Positions 61,083-64,000 of a DNA stretch of 64,000 bases are shown piece by piece. The stretch comes from Nitrosopumilus sp. Lineage in GTDB: Archaea; Thermoproteota; Nitrososphaeria; Nitrososphaerales; Nitrosopumilaceae. Position numbers and translations under genes: made by a program. A model generated the notes under the pieces. That model saw only the letters and a list, made by a program, of their open reading frames with translations. It had not been told where the DNA came from and made no database searches. The number at the start of each line of letters is the position of its first letter. Within the stretch, counting starts at the first letter, position 1. The stretch covers positions 128,001-192,000 of the forward strand of contig OZ244650.1 in assembly GCA_965218785.1 (NCBI GenBank). Direction: 5' to 3'.

Positions 61083-61574
61083 TTAGGATGAAACGGCAGT
61101 CCCGTCGTCTGGGCTGCTACTGCTGCCGGATTTGCCGCAGCATTCGCCGATTGGAATATCATGCTCATGCGGACATTTTCTTGGATGTTTTAGCATCGTA
61201 CACAACGCATCTGTAAACTGCTTGTTCATGTGATGCTCAATTCCACACACCATCTCCTCATCAATTTCCACCTTTAACGCGCTGTCCATGAGAACCTCTA
61301 ACAGTCTGCTGTTTCTCATCATGCTTGCCCCGATCCTCTGTCCCTCTTCTGTGAGTTTTACTCCCGCCTTGTTGTAATTGACCAGGTTTTTACCGTCTAA
61401 CTTTTTTAGCATTTGAACCACGCTTGGCTGTCTGACATTGAGCATTTTTGCAATGGTGCTGATTTTTACATCCCCTCCCCTCTCTTTGATGTGCCAGATC
61501 GCCTTTAGGTACATCTCCACGTGTTCTGCCTCTGCTGTTCCCACAAACAGGATCTCATCATTTGGTATGTCCAT
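61083..61574 (-). CDS. DtxR/MntR-family metal-dependent transcriptional regulator
   Basis: EMYLKAIW, HTH, RLLE, CGIEHH, P.KCPH..IP. Confidence 0.9.
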   Translation of the reverse strand: MDIPNDEILFVGTAEAEHVEMYLKAIWHIKERGGDVKISTIAKMLNVRQPSVVQMLKKLDGKNLVNYNKAGVKLTEEGQRIGASMMRNSRLLEVLMDSALKVEIDEEMVCGIEHHMNKQFTDALCTMLKHPRKCPHEHDIPIGECCGKSGSSSSPDDGTAVSS

Positions 61575-61575
61575 A

Positions 61576-62346
61576 CTATACCTTCCTCGAGTCTTTTAAT
61601 AAATATTCAAAGTATTGCCTCGCAAATCCTGCCAGACCTGCGTGATCTGCCCAGATTGCAACAACATCTGATGGTCCCTCACCCCCCATCTCCGGACCTA
61701 GCAGGATCACGACATATTTTTTATCCGATATTATGCCTCCTCCAAACAGCCCCTTTTTGATCTTCACTGTTGCGACTCTTTTGATTGCCTTGACATACTC
61801 TTTGTCCATCTTATCTGACGTGAGTACCGTAATATCCACGCCCTTGTCATGAAGCAGCCTTAATTTTGGCAGTGCCTGCTTGACTAGCTCCTCTCCTGCC
61901 TCAGGCAGCGCGATCATTACTTCATTTCTGCAGGATTCGACCATCTCCAGAATCTTTGCAGCGATGTTGATCGCCCCTGAGAGTACCCAGATATCCGGCT
62001 TTTCACTAGTTCCACTCTTCTCATATAACGGAACCAGCTCGTTTAAAATTATACTTTGATTCTGCCGAAAATCGCCCTCCATCCTCTGTTTTGTAGTATC
62101 CAGCCCCGTTGATGGGGATTTTGCAAAGTATTTTGTAGGTCTAGATTCATCTGAACCAATCCAGCTCTTCTCCTCGAGTGTTCCTAGCACCTCATAAATT
62201 TTTGAATATGGCACGCCTGACTTTTGGCTCAGTTCTGAGGCTGTCAGTTCCCCTGCCTTTAGTAATGCCGAAAATGTCCTGATCTCATAACCTGTAAGGC
62301 CTACTTTTTCCAATGCTTTTCTTGTTTTGTCCGATATGCTGCTCAT
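61576..62346 (-). CDS. TrmB-family transcriptional regulator
   Basis: GLTGYE, SGVPYSKIYEVL..LEEK.W, RPTKY; C-terminal effector domain. Confidence 0.9.
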   Translation of the reverse strand: MSSISDKTRKALEKVGLTGYEIRTFSALLKAGELTASELSQKSGVPYSKIYEVLGTLEEKSWIGSDESRPTKYFAKSPSTGLDTTKQRMEGDFRQNQSIILNELVPLYEKSGTSEKPDIWVLSGAINIAAKILEMVESCRNEVMIALPEAGEELVKQALPKLRLLHDKGVDITVLTSDKMDKEYVKAIKRVATVKIKKGLFGGGIISDKKYVVILLGPEMGGEGPSDVVAIWADHAGLAGFARQYFEYLLKDSRKV

Positions 62347-62461
62347 TGATATAATCGATCAGTTTTCGTATTTAAACCAGCAAGCGTGTGCCTCCTAAAT
62401 TCCACACGGGGCAAGGTATGAAAGGCATTATATACCAATCAGGAAAAAATCCTGTATAGGC

Positions 62462-64000
62462 ATGGCATTAATTCAGATATCCAATCAATCGACTAAAAAT
62501 CTGGGCAAAAAATCCACCATTAGATTTACTCAAAGTATCTGCCCGGACTGTAATATGATCCTCGATGCCGAAGTATTCGAGCGTGATAACCAGGTGTTCA
62601 TGTCCAAAGTCTGTCCGACCCACGGCGAATGTGAGGAATTATACTTTGGCTCTTATCAAATGTACAAGAAATTCAGTACGTACTGGATGGACGGAAAAGG
62701 CATGCATGCTCCAAATGTCATGATTGACAAATGCTCCTGTCCAAACAACTGTGGATTATGCTCAAACCACCTCTCTCACAGCGGTCTTGCAAACATGATT
62801 GTAACTAATAGATGTGATTTAACATGCTGGTACTGCTTTTTCTATGTAAAAAAGGGATTGGAGGGTGCATACATGTACGAGCCGGATCACACACAAGTCA
62901 GGGCAATGATGAAGACCCTGAAATCTGAAAGACCGATTCCTGGAAACTCGATGCAGATTACCGGCGGTGAACCGATGCTTCGAGAGGATATCTCCGATGT
63001 TATCAAGATAATGAAAGAGGAGGGTGTCGACCATATTCAAATGAATACAAACGGTATCAGACATGCCATGGATCCAGAAGCTGCAAGAGAGGTAAGACTG
63101 GCAGGATGTAACAATCTTTATCTATCTTTTGACGGTGTAACTGCAAGAACAAATCCAAAAAATCACTGGGAGATTCCATATGCACTTGATAGTTGCAGAA
63201 AAACCGGTACTACGGTGGTGTTTGTTCCAACTGTAATCAAATCAATTAATGATCACGAACTAGGCGGAATTATCAGGTATGCACAAAAGAACATGGACAT
63301 AGTTCATGCTGTAAACTTTCAGCCCGTATCCCTTACCGGAAGAATGGGCAAGACCGAACGTGAAAAATACAGAATCACGGTTCCTGACTGTATTCAAAGA
63401 ATCGAGGAACAGACAAACGGTGAAGTCACCGTTGATGACTGGTTCCCAGTCCCAAGTTGCATGCCACTAACTAATGTAATCGAGGCGTTTTCAAGCAAAC
63501 CCAAATACGAACTCTCAATTCACTTTGCCTGCGGTGCGGGAACATACATCTTTGAGGATGCAGACACGAAAAAGTTTGTTCCATTAACTAAATTCTGTGA
63601 CATTCAGGGAATGCTGGAATTATTTGAGGATAAAGCAGAGGAGATTCGTTCTGGTAAAAACAAGTACTTTACAATGCTAGAGGTTGTAAGAAAACTCAAG
63701 GGCTTTGTTGATTCCAAGAAACAGCCGGCAGGATTGGATCTAGCAAAGATGTTCGGTAATATCCTGATGAAGAGATCATTTGATTCAATAGGCTCGTGGC
63801 ACGTGAAAGGATTGTTCCTTGGTATGATGCACTTTCAGGACAAGTACAACGAAGACCTGGAAAGACTGCAAAGGTGTGATATTCATTATGTGACTCCGGA
63901 TCTTAGAATAGTTCCGTTCTGTGCATTTAATGTAATTCCAGAATGGTACAGGGACAGAATTCAAAAGAAATACTCTATTACCGTGGAGGAATGGGAACAA
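62462..64000 (+). CDS. tes: Radical SAM tetraether lipid synthase Tes (GDGT-MAS), 3' truncated
   Basis: Open frame from ATG 62462 to the window end; CPDC..CPTH, CPNNCGLC, CDLTCWYC, GGEP, NTNG, NFQPVS, RCDIHY...VPFC. Confidence 0.85.
   Translation, partial: MALIQISNQSTKNLGKKSTIRFTQSICPDCNMILDAEVFERDNQVFMSKVCPTHGECEELYFGSYQMYKKFSTYWMDGKGMHAPNVMIDKCSCPNNCGLCSNHLSHSGLANMIVTNRCDLTCWYCFFYVKKGLEGAYMYEPDHTQVRAMMKTLKSERPIPGNSMQITGGEPMLREDISDVIKIMKEEGVDHIQMNTNGIRHAMDPEAAREVRLAGCNNLYLSFDGVTARTNPKNHWEIPYALDSCRKTGTTVVFVPTVIKSINDHELGGIIRYAQKNMDIVHAVNFQPVSLTGRMGKTEREKYRITVPDCIQRIEEQTNGEVTVDDWFPVPSCMPLTNVIEAFSSKPKYELSIHFACGAGTYIFEDADTKKFVPLTKFCDIQGMLELFEDKAEEIRSGKNKYFTMLEVVRKLKGFVDSKKQPAGLDLAKMFGNILMKRSFDSIGSWHVKGLFLGMMHFQDKYNEDLERLQRCDIHYVTPDLRIVPFCAFNVIPEWYRDRIQKKYSITVEEWEQ

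Noticed and set aside
765-63064. Numerous 60-160 aa ORFs overlapping annotated genes on the opposite strand or in other frames
   Set aside because: They lack motifs and are explained as shadow ORFs of well-supported genes
63785-64000. Minus-strand 71-aa ORF at the window end
   Set aside because: Antisense to the well-supported tes gene

Overview
Archaeal chromosome segment from an ammonia-oxidising Nitrosopumilaceae-type thaumarchaeon (Nitrososphaerota). The assignment is inferred from archaeal information-processing genes (PriS/PriL, aIF2 alpha/gamma, S6e, L2, GatDE, Nop10, pelota, Cdc48, SRP RNA) together with CdvB/ESCRT-III, the DnaK-DnaJ-GrpE system, a cobalamin cbi/cob gene set and a tetraether synthase (Tes). 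Most of the window is conserved housekeeping DNA. It carries three tRNAs (Gly-CCC, Gln-UUG, Leu-CAG) and the SRP RNA. The first accessory spot (about 13.7-15.6 kb) holds a coiled-coil PD-(D/E)xK nuclease-like gene. The second (about 45.2-48.1 kb, downstream of tRNA-Leu) holds IS3-type ends in inverted orientation that enclose an AT-rich three-gene operon (SocA/DarG-C-like protein, antitoxin-like protein, RelE toxin), plus a 187-bp MITE and a surface protein. Features absent from the ORF track but read from the sequence are a C/D-box sRNA whose D guide fits the wobble C34 of tRNA-Leu(CAA), a K-turn hairpin ncRNA candidate, Nop10, Tes (truncated) and several Cys/His-rich microproteins. A glutamate-racemase homologue has both catalytic Cys replaced by Ser. 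All calls come from motif recognition only; no database search was run.
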